A DNA stretch of 64,000 nucleotides. Source: Thalassobaculaceae bacterium. GTDB taxonomy: Bacteria; Pseudomonadota; Alphaproteobacteria; Thalassobaculales; Thalassobaculaceae. The first letter of the stretch is position 1, and every line of letters begins with the position of its first letter. The stretch lies in NCBI GenBank assembly GCA_965228875.1, contig OZ245843.1, positions 310,001-374,000 of the forward strand. Direction: 5' to 3'. Positions 47,811-57,784 of this stretch are shown in pieces. The notes below the pieces were generated by a model. It saw only the letters and a list, made by a program, of their open reading frames with translations. It ran no database searches and had not been told where the DNA came from. The translations under genes and the position numbers were made by a program.

Positions 47811-49463
47811 TCAGCTTCCGGGCTCGATGTCGAGCAGTCTGCTTTCGCTCAGTTCGCCGTGGCGCTCCAGGATCGGATAGGCGACGGACGTGAGATGACT
47901 GTTGATGCGCTTGAGGTCGCGCAGGATGTCGAGGTGAAGCGCGCTTGAGCTGATGGACTCGACGCGTCCGGCTCCCACCCGCTCGAAATGCCGCTCGATC
48001 AGGTCCTGCTCCATGTTCCGCACCTCCGACTTCTCTTTGAGAAGCCTGCGTGCCAGGGCTCGGTCGGGTGTCATGAAGATGTTGAGCGCGAGGTTCAGGT
48101 TGGCGATCACGCGGTCGTGGAATTCCACGAGCTCGCGCTCCCCTTCGTTCGAGAAGGCCAGCTTGTGTTTGATCTTCTTGTTCGCCAGTTCCATCAGGTT
48201 CTTGTCGATAACGTCGCCGATGTGCTCGAGATTCGTGGTGAAGCTCAGGATCTCGATCGACCGACGGCTCTCCTTCTCGTCGAGCTCTTTCTGGGCCAGT
48301 CCCGTCAGGTAGAGCTTCACGGCCTCGTGGAGGCTGTCGATCACGTCGTCCTGCTCTTCGACCTCCCGCATGAGTGCGGCGTCGTTCGACGCGAAGACTT
48401 CCTTGGTTCGCTCGAGCATGGCGCGGACCTCGTCCCCCATGCGCAGGGTTTCCCTGGAGGCGGCGGCAAGCGCGATCGACGGGGTTTCAAGGGCGTCCTG
48501 ATCGAGATATCTGGGCTGGCCCGGATCCTCGTCGACGGCGGCGTCGGGCAGAAGCTTCGTTGTCAGGGCGGCGACCGGTCCGACCAGGGGCAGGAACGCG
48601 AGGGCGAGGGCCAGGTTGAAGAGAGTGTGGAAGTTGGCGATCAGCCGTTCCGGCTCGGAGTCGAGCAGCGACAGATACGGCTGAACATAGGGAAGGCAGT
48701 AGAGCCCGCCGGCGATGCCGGCTGCGCGGGCGATCAGGTTGCCGAGAGGGATGCGCCGGGCGGCCGGGGACGACCGGGAGGTCGCGACGAACGCGGTGAT
48801 CGCGGAGCCGAGGTTGGCGCCGAGCACCATCGCCATCCCGAGTTGGATGCTCACCGCCTGGACGGCGACGAGGGACATTACCAGCAGGACGATCGCGACG
48901 CTCGAATGTGCCGCCCAGGTCATGGCCGCCATCGCCAGCACCGCCAGGATCATCTCGTCGGTCAGGGACCGCAGGACAATCGTGAAGCTCTCGGTCTCCC
49001 GCAGCGGCGCCGAAGCCGTCGAGATCAGGGTCAGCGAGAGGAGGATCAGGCCGAGACCGATGGCCGCCCGCGCAAGCGCTCGCTTGGCGCTGTGTTCGGA
49101 ATTCATGAATAGCAGGACGCCGATCACCAGAAGCGCCGGGGACAGCCACGACACGTCGAACGAGAGCGCTTGAACGATCAGCGTGGAGCCCACATCGGCG
49201 CCGAGCATCAGGGCGATGCCCATCGACGTCGTCAGCAGGCCGCGCCCCGCGAAGGAGGCGGCCACGAGGGCCGTCGCCGTGCTGCTCTGGAGCAGTCCCG
49301 TGACGCCGAGGCCCACGCAGAACGCGGAGACCCGGTTGCCGGTCGAGGTCGACACCAGCCGGCGCAGGCTGCTGCCGAGCGCCCGGTTCAGGCCGGTCCG
49401 GACCATCCTCACGCCCCAGATGAGCAGGGCGACGCCACCGGCGATGTTGATCAACAGCTCCAT
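47811..49463 (-). CDS. Na/Pi cotransporter (NptA/YjbB family) with C-terminal PhoU-like domain
   Basis: LQSSTAT, LGADVGST, HSSVA, LGANLGS, ANFHTLFN, NLEHIGD, LHLDILRDLKRINSH. Confidence 0.92.
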   Translation of the reverse strand: MELLINIAGGVALLIWGVRMVRTGLNRALGSSLRRLVSTSTGNRVSAFCVGLGVTGLLQSSTATALVAASFAGRGLLTTSMGIALMLGADVGSTLIVQALSFDVSWLSPALLVIGVLLFMNSEHSAKRALARAAIGLGLILLSLTLISTASAPLRETESFTIVLRSLTDEMILAVLAMAAMTWAAHSSVAIVLLVMSLVAVQAVSIQLGMAMVLGANLGSAITAFVATSRSSPAARRIPLGNLIARAAGIAGGLYCLPYVQPYLSLLDSEPERLIANFHTLFNLALALAFLPLVGPVAALTTKLLPDAAVDEDPGQPRYLDQDALETPSIALAAASRETLRMGDEVRAMLERTKEVFASNDAALMREVEEQDDVIDSLHEAVKLYLTGLAQKELDEKESRRSIEILSFTTNLEHIGDVIDKNLMELANKKIKHKLAFSNEGERELVEFHDRVIANLNLALNIFMTPDRALARRLLKEKSEVRNMEQDLIERHFERVGAGRVESISSSALHLDILRDLKRINSHLTSVAYPILERHGELSESRLLDIEPGS

Positions 49464-49722
49464 GCGGTCTTTGCGGCTCTCTCTGACTATGCGGTTGTGA
49501 ACACAGCACCTTCCGACCACCTCCGCAAGGCGGATGCCATCGGGTTCGATGTCTGACGTCCAGGCTGTCCCCCCCGGCTGTCCCCTGCGCTGTCCCTCGG
49601 CCAGCCGTGACCGGATCCGCTGGTTGCCAGGGGGAGTTGACGTTACCCTCGCGGAACGCGGCCCGGGTCCGGGACAACGGTTCGGCCGCGATCCAAGACG
49701 AACGGGTCACGAGGAACCGGCA

Positions 49723-50496
49723 ATGCGCCCCAATGCCATGAAGGCCAAGCTCGCGGCCGGTCAGCCGGTACTCGGCTGCTCGGTGATGATCCCATCGCCT
49801 CAGATGGTTGAGATGGTCGGCCATCTCGGGTTCGACTGGGTTCTGATCGACCTGGAGCACGGCACGATCGACCTGCAAACCGCTGAACTCATGGTGATGG
49901 CGGCGGAGGCGAGCGGGGTTACGCCGATCGCCAGGCCGCGGTCGAACCGGGCCGCCGACATCACCGCGGTGATGGATCGCGGCGCGATGGGCGTGCAGGT
50001 ACCGCATGTGAACTCGGCGGAGGATGCCCGGCGCGCGGTCGATGCCGTGAAGTTCGGCGGTGGAGACCGGCGCGGCCTCGCCGCGGGGACGCGGCCGGAT
50101 CGCTACGGTTTCGGGGCGCCCATGGACGAGTTCGTCGCCGCGAGCAACGCCGAGACGCTGGTCTGCGTCCAGATCGAGCATGCCGACGCCGTCCGAAACC
50201 TAGACGAAATTCTCGCGGTGGATGACATCGACGTCTTCTTCATCGGGCCGTCCGACCTGTCGCAGTCGATGGGATTTCCGGGTAACCCGAAGGCCGAGCC
50301 GGTGGCGCGCGCCATCGACGACACGTTCCGGCGCATTCTGGAAGCGGGGAAGACCCCGGGATTCCCGGCGTCGACGGACAATCTGGGCGCCGTGACGGAC
50401 CGTGGCGCCCGCTACATCTACACCCACCTCACCAAGCTTGTGGCGGCGGGGGCGAAACCGTTTCTCGCCGCCGGCAGCCGGGCAGGGACGCCGTGA
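49723..50496 (+). CDS. HpcH/HpaI-family aldolase
   Basis: GFDWVLIDLEHG, MDRGAMGVQVPHV, QIEH, FIGPSDLS. Confidence 0.88.
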   Translation: MRPNAMKAKLAAGQPVLGCSVMIPSPQMVEMVGHLGFDWVLIDLEHGTIDLQTAELMVMAAEASGVTPIARPRSNRAADITAVMDRGAMGVQVPHVNSAEDARRAVDAVKFGGGDRRGLAAGTRPDRYGFGAPMDEFVAASNAETLVCVQIEHADAVRNLDEILAVDDIDVFFIGPSDLSQSMGFPGNPKAEPVARAIDDTFRRILEAGKTPGFPASTDNLGAVTDRGARYIYTHLTKLVAAGAKPFLAAGSRAGTP

Positions 50497-50575
50497 TCCG
50501 ACCGACGCGGCGTGGGTTCCGACCGCTCCGGCATTGACGCCATCGTGTCCGCTTCCGGGGGGAGGCCGATGCCGT

Positions 50576-52087
50576 TCATCGCCAGTCGAAGATACCTCGG
50601 GACGGGCCGGTGGAGAGGGCGCCGTCCGAAGCGGACACGGTCAGCCCGGCGAGGTCCGCCGGCGCCAGCGAGGCCAGCCGCTCCACCGTTGCCAGGAACC
50701 TGTCCTGCTCGTCGGTGTCGACCACGCCATCGGCCAGCATGCGGAACTTGGCAACATAATCCGGCCGTGTGAACGGCCGGGCGCCGAGCGGGTGGGCGTC
50801 GGCGACGGCGATCTCGTCCTCGACGGTGGAGCCGTCCTCCAGCGTGACCACCACGCGCCCGCCGAACGCCTTGTCGGCCGGATCCGCACTGTGGTAGCGC
50901 CGGGTCCAGTCGGGATCCTCGGCCGTCCGGATCCTGTGCCACAGCGACACCGTAGACGGCCGCCCGGGGCGTTCCGGCGCGTAGGACCGTTCGTGGTGCC
51001 AGCCCTCGTCCTCCAGGGCCACGGCGAAGATGTACATGATGGAATGGTCGAGCGTTTCCCGGCTGGCCTTCGGGTCCATCTTGTGCGGATCGTTGGCGCC
51101 GGTCCCGATGACGTAGTGAGTGTGGTGGCTTGTGTGGATCACCACCTCGCGCACCCGCGAGAGGTCGCCGATCTTCGGACCCAGGCGTCGGGCAAGGTCG
51201 ATCAGGGCCTGGCTCTGGTACTCCGCGGAGTGCTCCTTGGTATAGGTATCCAGGATCGCGCGTTTGGGCTCGCCCGGTGCCGGCAGCGGGACCTGATATT
51301 CGGCATCGGGACCGCCGAGCAGCCAGGCGATGAACCCGTCCTCGCCCTCGTAGGCCGGCGATGGCGCTCCTTCGCCGCGCATCGCCCGGTCGACCGCCTC
51401 GACCGCCATCTTGCCGGCGAAGGCCGGCGCATAGGCTTTCCAGCTCGAAATGGCGCCCTTGCGGGACTGCCTCGTGGTGGTGGTGACGTGCAACGCCTGC
51501 TGCACCGCCTGGTAAACCGTCTCGACCGGCAGGCCCAGCGCGGCGCCGATCCCCGCCGCGGCCGACGGGCCGAGATGGGCGATATGGTCGATCTTGTGGG
51601 CGTGCAGGCAGATGCCCTTCACCAGATCGACCTGGATCTCGTAGCCGGCGGCGATGCCGCGGATCAGATCCGCGCCCGACAGGCCGCAGTGCTGGGCGAC
51701 GGCCAGGACCGGCGGGATGTTGTCGCCCGGATGCGAGTAGTCGGCGGCCAGGAAGGTATCGTGGTAGTCAAGTTCGCGTACCGCCACCCCGTTGGCCCAG
51801 GCGGCCCATTCCGGCGATACACGCTGGGCGGGGCCGAGGCCGAAGACGGTGGCGCCTGGCGCCAGCGGATGGGTCAGAGATTGGCCGCGTGCGCTCGCCA
51901 CCGGCTGCCGGTTTACCGACGCCGCCGCGACGGCCGCGTTGTCGATGATGCGGTTGCCGATCATCTCGACCACCGCCGTCTCGACCGGCACCGGGTCGGT
52001 GGCGACGGCGGCGATCTTCCAGGCGAGCTGATCCTCGCGCGGCAGCGTATCGGCGGACGGGCGGGTGCGGACGGTATGCGTGATCAC
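50576..52087 (-). CDS. prpD: MmgE/PrpD family protein, probable 2-methylcitrate dehydratase
   Basis: [57 protein letters not shown]. Confidence 0.85.
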   Translation of the reverse strand: MITHTVRTRPSADTLPREDQLAWKIAAVATDPVPVETAVVEMIGNRIIDNAAVAAASVNRQPVASARGQSLTHPLAPGATVFGLGPAQRVSPEWAAWANGVAVRELDYHDTFLAADYSHPGDNIPPVLAVAQHCGLSGADLIRGIAAGYEIQVDLVKGICLHAHKIDHIAHLGPSAAAGIGAALGLPVETVYQAVQQALHVTTTTRQSRKGAISSWKAYAPAFAGKMAVEAVDRAMRGEGAPSPAYEGEDGFIAWLLGGPDAEYQVPLPAPGEPKRAILDTYTKEHSAEYQSQALIDLARRLGPKIGDLSRVREVVIHTSHHTHYVIGTGANDPHKMDPKASRETLDHSIMYIFAVALEDEGWHHERSYAPERPGRPSTVSLWHRIRTAEDPDWTRRYHSADPADKAFGGRVVVTLEDGSTVEDEIAVADAHPLGARPFTRPDYVAKFRMLADGVVDTDEQDRFLATVERLASLAPADLAGLTVSASDGALSTGPSRGIFDWR

Positions 52088-52121
52088 GTCGCGATGCTCT
52101 CCAGGCCGAGGGCGCGGTCCG

Positions 52122-53441
52122 TCATCGGATCATCAGGCTCGGCAGCCAGGTGATGATGCCCGGAAACACCATGCACAGGATCAGGGCCACGGCCTGAAGC
52201 AGCACGAACGGGATCGCCGACTTGTAGATGTCCATCATCGTGATGCCTTCCGGGACGACGGCTCGCATGTAGAACAGATTGAAGCCGAAAGGCGGCGTGA
52301 TGTAGGCCATCTCCATGTTGATCACGAACAGGATCGCGAACCAGAGCGGGTCGAAGCCGAGCGAGATCACCAGCGGGAAGAAGATCGGCGTGGTCAGCAG
52401 GACGATGCCGGTCGGGTCGAAGAACATGCCGAGCACGAAGAAGATGAGCATCATCGCGATGATCGGCCACCAGCCGCCGCCGACGCTGGAGATCAGGTCG
52501 GCGATCAGGTCCGAAGCGCCGGTCACCGCGTAGAGCGCGGTGAACACCGAGGCGGCGAAGACGATCCAGATCACCATCGCGCTGAGGCGCAGCGTCACAA
52601 ATGCCGCATCGACGAAATTGGTCCAGGTCAGCTTGCGCTTGACGGCAGCGCTGACGATGCCCCCCAGAGCGCCGATGGCGGACGCTTCGCTGGGCGTCGC
52701 CAGACCGAAGAACATCGAGCCCATGACCGCCAGAATGAGGCTGATCGGCAGGATCAGCCCTCCCAGCAGGCGAAACCGCTTGGCGCTGGACAACTGCTCC
52801 TCGGGGGGCACGGCGGGACCCATGTCCTTCTGGATCGCGCAGCGGATGAGGATGTAGGCGACGAACAGGCCGCTCAGCAGCAGGCCCGGCAGGATTCCGG
52901 CGATGAACAGTTCGCCGATCGACAGGCGGGCGAACAGGGCCAGGATGATCATCAGGACGCTCGGCGGGATCAGCACGCCGAGGGCGCCGCCCGCCGAGAT
53001 GCAGCCGATCGCGATGTCCTTCTTGTAGCCGCGCTTCAGCATGGAGGGCAGCGCGAGCAGACCCATCGACGTGGTCGCCGCGCCGCTGATGCCGACCATG
53101 GCGGCGAAGAGCGTGCAGATGAGCACCGTGCCGGCGGCAAGCCCGCCGCGCAGCTGGCCCATCCAGTGATACATGAGCTCGTAGAGATCCTCCGCGATGC
53201 CGCATCGTTGGAGTATCGCCCCCATGAAGATGAACATCGGCACGGCCACGAGCAGGAACAGGTCCATGGCCATGTACGTTCGGTTCGCCAGGATCGGCAG
53301 ACCCTGCCAGCCCCAGATCGGAATGATGAAGATCGTCGCCACGCCGCCGAGGGCGAACACGAGCGGCACCCCCAGGAGCAACAGGACGACGAGGCTGCCG
53401 AAGAGGATTATCGTCAGCAGTTCGGGGCCGAGATCGAGCAT
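52122..53441 (-). CDS. dctM: TRAP transporter large permease
   Basis: [36 protein letters not shown]. Confidence 0.93.
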   Translation of the reverse strand: MLDLGPELLTIILFGSLVVLLLLGVPLVFALGGVATIFIIPIWGWQGLPILANRTYMAMDLFLLVAVPMFIFMGAILQRCGIAEDLYELMYHWMGQLRGGLAAGTVLICTLFAAMVGISGAATTSMGLLALPSMLKRGYKKDIAIGCISAGGALGVLIPPSVLMIILALFARLSIGELFIAGILPGLLLSGLFVAYILIRCAIQKDMGPAVPPEEQLSSAKRFRLLGGLILPISLILAVMGSMFFGLATPSEASAIGALGGIVSAAVKRKLTWTNFVDAAFVTLRLSAMVIWIVFAASVFTALYAVTGASDLIADLISSVGGGWWPIIAMMLIFFVLGMFFDPTGIVLLTTPIFFPLVISLGFDPLWFAILFVINMEMAYITPPFGFNLFYMRAVVPEGITMMDIYKSAIPFVLLQAVALILCMVFPGIITWLPSLMIR

Positions 53442-53477
53442 ACGGAGACTCCTTGCCGGTCCGAGAGGCGGGGCGGA

Positions 53478-54014
53478 CTAGCGGATCTGGACGCGCGGGG
53501 GGAAAGGATTGTGACCGTGGATGACGGTCAGCACATCGCGGATGAGCTTGGCGACCGCCTGCAGCATGAACAGGAAGCAGGCCACGGGCAGCGTGGTTCG
53601 CACCGGATAGTAGGGCGGCTGCCAGTGCGTCATCGTCGTCTCGCCGATCCGCCACGAGTCGATCGTGATGTTCAGGGAAGCCCAGAACAGAACGCCGAGG
53701 AAGAGGAAGACGAAACCGCTGGTGAGCACGTCGAGGGCCGCGCGCCAGCGAAGCGAGAGCCGTCCCCAGATGATGTCGACGTTCACATGGCTGCCGGCGA
53801 GATGCGTATAGGCACCGCCGAGCACGATATAGCCGCCGAAGATGAAAAGTGACGTCTCGTAGGCCCAGATCGAGGGATCGTTGAAGAAATACCGCTTCAC
53901 GATCTCCCAGATCATGATGAAGAGCATCGGGCATATGAGCAGCGCCACCACCCAGCCGAACCGGGCGTTCAGCCAGTCCGTGGCGCGAAGATAGGATTCA
54001 ATCGCCTTCACCAC
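53478..54014 (-). CDS. dctQ: TRAP transporter small permease
   Basis: EIVKRYFFN.PSIWAYE, HVNVDI, four TM segments. Confidence 0.9.
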   Translation of the reverse strand: MVKAIESYLRATDWLNARFGWVVALLICPMLFIMIWEIVKRYFFNDPSIWAYETSLFIFGGYIVLGGAYTHLAGSHVNVDIIWGRLSLRWRAALDVLTSGFVFLFLGVLFWASLNITIDSWRIGETTMTHWQPPYYPVRTTLPVACFLFMLQAVAKLIRDVLTVIHGHNPFPPRVQIR

Positions 54015-54052
54015 TCACCTCGATTCAGGACTTCCGCATGGACGTGGACGGT

Positions 54053-54087
54053 GGAGCCGGACAGGGATCGCGATTCCGTCCGGCTCC
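54053..54087 (-). terminator. Stem-loop between dctP and dctQ
   Basis: GGAGCCGGAC-N15-GTCCGGCTCC. Confidence 0.5.
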
Positions 54088-54108
54088 TGGTGTGAGCGAT
54101 CCAGTCGA

Positions 54109-55257
54109 TCAGACCGGCAGCTTCTTCGGTCCGTAGTAGTTCTTGTAGAGTTCCCGCGCCTCGGCGTAGATATCGATCATCCGATCGATATAAGGGTCTT
54201 GGCCCTTCTTGCTGACGAAGCGGTCCCAGCACCAGTCGGCGGCCTTCTTCAGCTCGTCCTCCGGCATCAGCATGGTCTGCATTCCGCCGTCGGCGAGAGC
54301 CTTGCGGCCGGCCGCATCGGTCGGAATGGTGAGGGCGGCGATGTCGAGGTTGTGGACGCGCGAGGCCGAGAGCATCACCTCCTGGAGATCCTCCGGCATC
54401 TCATTGAACGTATCCAGGTTCATGATGATTTCGCACACGTCGTACGGTGCCACGGACGGGTTCACGAAGTAGTCGCAGACCTCGTACATCTTGAGGCCGG
54501 CCCAGGCGTCCGGCGCACCGAAGGCCGCGGCGTCCAGAATCCTCGTCTGCACCGCCGTATAGACCTCGCCACCCGGGACGACGGCGATCGAGGCGCCGTT
54601 GTGCACGAGCCAGTCGGCCCAGATGCCGAAGGCGCGGACCTTCATACCCTCGTAGTCGGAGAACTTCTCGATCGGGCGCGTCGAGACCATGCTGCCCCAC
54701 TCGTCCGACAGTTCGTAGGTGAGGTGCATTACGCCATGTTCCGCGTATGCCTCCCGCCAGAGCTCCTTCACGCCCATGAACTGGTAGATGTACTCGTAGA
54801 ACTCCAGGTTCGTGACCGGGAAGAAGGGCACCGACCACAGGAACTCGCCCGCCGGCACAATGCCGCGGTGATAGACCGAGGCCGTGACTGCGAGGTCGGC
54901 CACACCGGAGCCGACGCCGCGGAAGGTCTCGCCGATCCCGAGCAGGACCTCGGCGTCGAAGTTCCGCATCCTGATGCGGCCGTTGGACATCCGGTTGACC
55001 CGTTCGACGAACAGTTTGGCCGCGCGGTCCTGAGACTGGATGCCGATACCGGTCCAGTTGCTCTGCAGCTTCAGATCCCAGACCCTGTCGGAATCCGCCT
55101 TAACGATGGAAGGCATGCTGAGTGCAGCGCCGCCGGCGAGCCCGGCCGCGGCGGCTTTGAGGTAACCGCGCCTGTCGAGTTTCGTGACTTCGGCGTCGGT
55201 CGGTGCAGTTTTCACAGTGTTGGGTTGGGCACAGTCCTTCGATGTCGATTTAGACAT
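54109..55257 (-). CDS. dctP: TRAP substrate-binding protein (TakP/DctP type) with Tat signal
   Basis: LDRRGYLKAAA twin-arginine signal, MSNGRI, GMKVRAFG, PGGEVYTA. Confidence 0.88.
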   Translation of the reverse strand: MSKSTSKDCAQPNTVKTAPTDAEVTKLDRRGYLKAAAAGLAGGAALSMPSIVKADSDRVWDLKLQSNWTGIGIQSQDRAAKLFVERVNRMSNGRIRMRNFDAEVLLGIGETFRGVGSGVADLAVTASVYHRGIVPAGEFLWSVPFFPVTNLEFYEYIYQFMGVKELWREAYAEHGVMHLTYELSDEWGSMVSTRPIEKFSDYEGMKVRAFGIWADWLVHNGASIAVVPGGEVYTAVQTRILDAAAFGAPDAWAGLKMYEVCDYFVNPSVAPYDVCEIIMNLDTFNEMPEDLQEVMLSASRVHNLDIAALTIPTDAAGRKALADGGMQTMLMPEDELKKAADWCWDRFVSKKGQDPYIDRMIDIYAEARELYKNYYGPKKLPV

Positions 55258-55594
55258 TGGCGTTCCTCCCGAATGGTACGTTTTCCGTACATTGTCTGGG
55301 AGTTTGAACGCACTGCGTTTGCCCACAGTACGTCTCCCAGTTCAAAAATACTGGCTGACTTGGACGGTGTGGGCAATGCGTTAACTTTCGCCTTGCTGGG
55401 GGCGACGCACCGAACCGGCGCGGACACGGCCCGCCGCTGGACGGTGCGTCTCCGGGTCTGCAATGGCCCGGAGACGGGAACCCCGGTTGGCTCGGACACG
55501 CGCCATGCTCTACCGTGATCGCGTGGCGGGTCGACGGAGACCGCTTGCGGAGCGGCATGTCGAGCCGGCCGTGGCTGAGAGGGTGGACTGCCGA

Positions 55595-56743
55595 ATGGCC
55601 GATGGTTGCACGGATCAGTGGCTCGACCGGGTGAAGGAGTTCGCGAGACGCGGCGTGTGTCCCGCGGCCGCCTCCTGGTCGATGGGGCAGGCCCCCTCGC
55701 GTGACGTGTTCGACGAGGCGGGTCGCCTCGGCCTCTTCGGCGTGGAGGTGCCGCAGGCGCATGGTGGTGGCGGCTTCGGTTTTTCGGCCAAGGCTTCGGT
55801 CTGCGAGGTGTTGGCGGCGGCCGATTTCGGGTTCTCGATGTCCGTCGTCAACACCCACAACGTCGCCTATCGCCTTGCGGTCAGCGCGACCGACGCGATC
55901 CGGGATCGGTTTCTGCCCGGGCTTCTGACCGGCGGAACGAGCGCCTGTACGGCCCTCACCGAACCCGGTGCCGGTTCCGATCTGGCGGCGGTCGCCACGA
56001 TGGCGGAACGGTCCGGGGAGGACTGGGTCCTCAACGGCGAGAAGGCCTGGATCATCAACGGTCGTCACGCGGACCTCGCGATCGTGTTCGCGCAGACCGA
56101 CCGGGCGGCGGGCCTGCGCGGGCTCGCCGCGTTCCTCGTGGACCTGGAGGGCGACGGCGTCACCCGGTACGCGATCGACTCAGCCTTCGCGCAGACCAGT
56201 ATCGGCACCGGCGGCTTCGTGCTGGACTCCGTGCGCGCGCCGGCGGACCGGATGCTGCTGCCGCCGGGGACGGCGTTCCGGACCATCCTCGAGGAGATCA
56301 ACGGCGCCCGTGCCTACGTGGCGGCCATGGCCTGCGGGATGTTGGAGGCCGCTCTCGCGACCGTCGCGGCCTACGGAAACGACCGTCAGGTCTTCGGCCG
56401 CAAGCTGGCCGACCAACCGGCGTGGCGGCAGGTTCAGGCCGAGGCGGAGACGGCACTGGCCGCCAGCCGCGCGCTGACGGCACAGGCGGTCGCGCTTGTC
56501 GCCGCGGGCCAGGACGCGCGTCTGGCCGCTGCCCAGGCCAAGATCGCTGCCGTCGACTCCGGCCAACGGCACCTGCCGGCCCTGTTGCACGCCATGGGCG
56601 CCGAGGGACTGCGTCCGCAGCACTGCCTGGCACGACACCTGGCCGCCCTTCAGTCGGCAGCGCTGACCGATGGCGCCAACGCCATCCTGAAGCAGCATGT
56701 CGCGAAGCTGTCCAGACCCTCCCCTCCACAGACCGGAGCCTGA
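55595..56743 (+). CDS. Acyl-CoA dehydrogenase family protein
   Basis: GGGGFG, ALTEPGAGSD, LNGEKAWIING, RQVFGRKL, AMGAEG. Start approximate. Confidence 0.85.
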   Translation: MADGCTDQWLDRVKEFARRGVCPAAASWSMGQAPSRDVFDEAGRLGLFGVEVPQAHGGGGFGFSAKASVCEVLAAADFGFSMSVVNTHNVAYRLAVSATDAIRDRFLPGLLTGGTSACTALTEPGAGSDLAAVATMAERSGEDWVLNGEKAWIINGRHADLAIVFAQTDRAAGLRGLAAFLVDLEGDGVTRYAIDSAFAQTSIGTGGFVLDSVRAPADRMLLPPGTAFRTILEEINGARAYVAAMACGMLEAALATVAAYGNDRQVFGRKLADQPAWRQVQAEAETALAASRALTAQAVALVAAGQDARLAAAQAKIAAVDSGQRHLPALLHAMGAEGLRPQHCLARHLAALQSAALTDGANAILKQHVAKLSRPSPPQTGA

Positions 56744-56746
56744 CCG

Positions 56747-57763
56747 ATGCGCGTGTTCCAGATCGAAAGCGATTGGGGGTTCGACAACCTCAAGCTCGCG
56801 GACCGGCCGCAGCCGGAGCCTGCGGTGGGCGAGGTGCTGATCGAAATGCGGATGGCGTCGCTGAACGCGCGCGACCTCATCGTGCCGGAAAGGGGATACG
56901 GCCGGGCGACGGGCGAGTTGCCGCTCATCCCGGTGTCCGACGGTGTCGGAACGGTCGTCGCGGTCGGGGACGGCGTGACCCGCGTCGCCGTCGGCGACCG
57001 CGTGACCCCGACGTACTTCCAGCGATGGATTTCCGGCGATCCGACGCCGGACCGTTTCGCCTCGGCGCTCGGCGGGCCGCTGGACGGTGTCATGGCGGAC
57101 TACGTCTGCCTGTCGCAGGAAGGCGTGGTCCGGGTTCCCGACTATCTGAGCGATGCCGAAGCGGCGACGCTTCCCTGCGCCGCCCTGACGGCGTGGAGTG
57201 CGATCGTCACCCATGGGGCCACCCGGCCGGGCGACCGGATTCTGATCCAGGGCACCGGCGGGGTCGCGCTGTTCGCGCTGGCGTTCGCCAAGTACGCCGG
57301 CGCCCACGTGACGGTGATCTCCTCCAGCGACGAAAAGCTCGAGCGGGTCCGCGCGATGGGCGCCGATGCAACGATCAACTATCGGGAAACCGAGGACTGG
57401 GCGCGCGCGAGCCGGGACATCACCAGGGACCGTGGGGGATACGACAACATCGTCGAACTGGGCGGTGCCCGGACGCTCCCGCTCTCGCTCCGCGCCGTGC
57501 GGCCAGGCGGAACCCTATCGATGATCGGCGTTCTGTCCGGTCTCGAGATCGAGGCGTCGCTCGGCCCCATCGTCGCGCGGCAGGTGCGCCTGCAGGGCGT
57601 TACGGTCGGTCACCGCGACGGGTACGAGGCGATGCTCGCGGCGATGGCGCAGCACGAGATCCGGCCGGTCCTCGGGGCGCGGTTCGGGTTCTCCGAGTTG
57701 AAGGAGGCGCTCGATCACATTCGCGCCGCCGGTCACTTCGGCAAGACCCTCATTCAGTTCTGA
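56747..57763 (+). CDS. NAD(P)-dependent MDR-family oxidoreductase (alcohol dehydrogenase-like)
   Basis: SLNARD, PVSDGVG, AATLPCAALTAW, QGTGGVALFA, HFGK. Confidence 0.88.
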   Translation: MRVFQIESDWGFDNLKLADRPQPEPAVGEVLIEMRMASLNARDLIVPERGYGRATGELPLIPVSDGVGTVVAVGDGVTRVAVGDRVTPTYFQRWISGDPTPDRFASALGGPLDGVMADYVCLSQEGVVRVPDYLSDAEAATLPCAALTAWSAIVTHGATRPGDRILIQGTGGVALFALAFAKYAGAHVTVISSSDEKLERVRAMGADATINYRETEDWARASRDITRDRGGYDNIVELGGARTLPLSLRAVRPGGTLSMIGVLSGLEIEASLGPIVARQVRLQGVTVGHRDGYEAMLAAMAQHEIRPVLGARFGFSELKEALDHIRAAGHFGKTLIQF

Positions 57764-57784
57764 GTTTCACGTCAGGATCCGACG

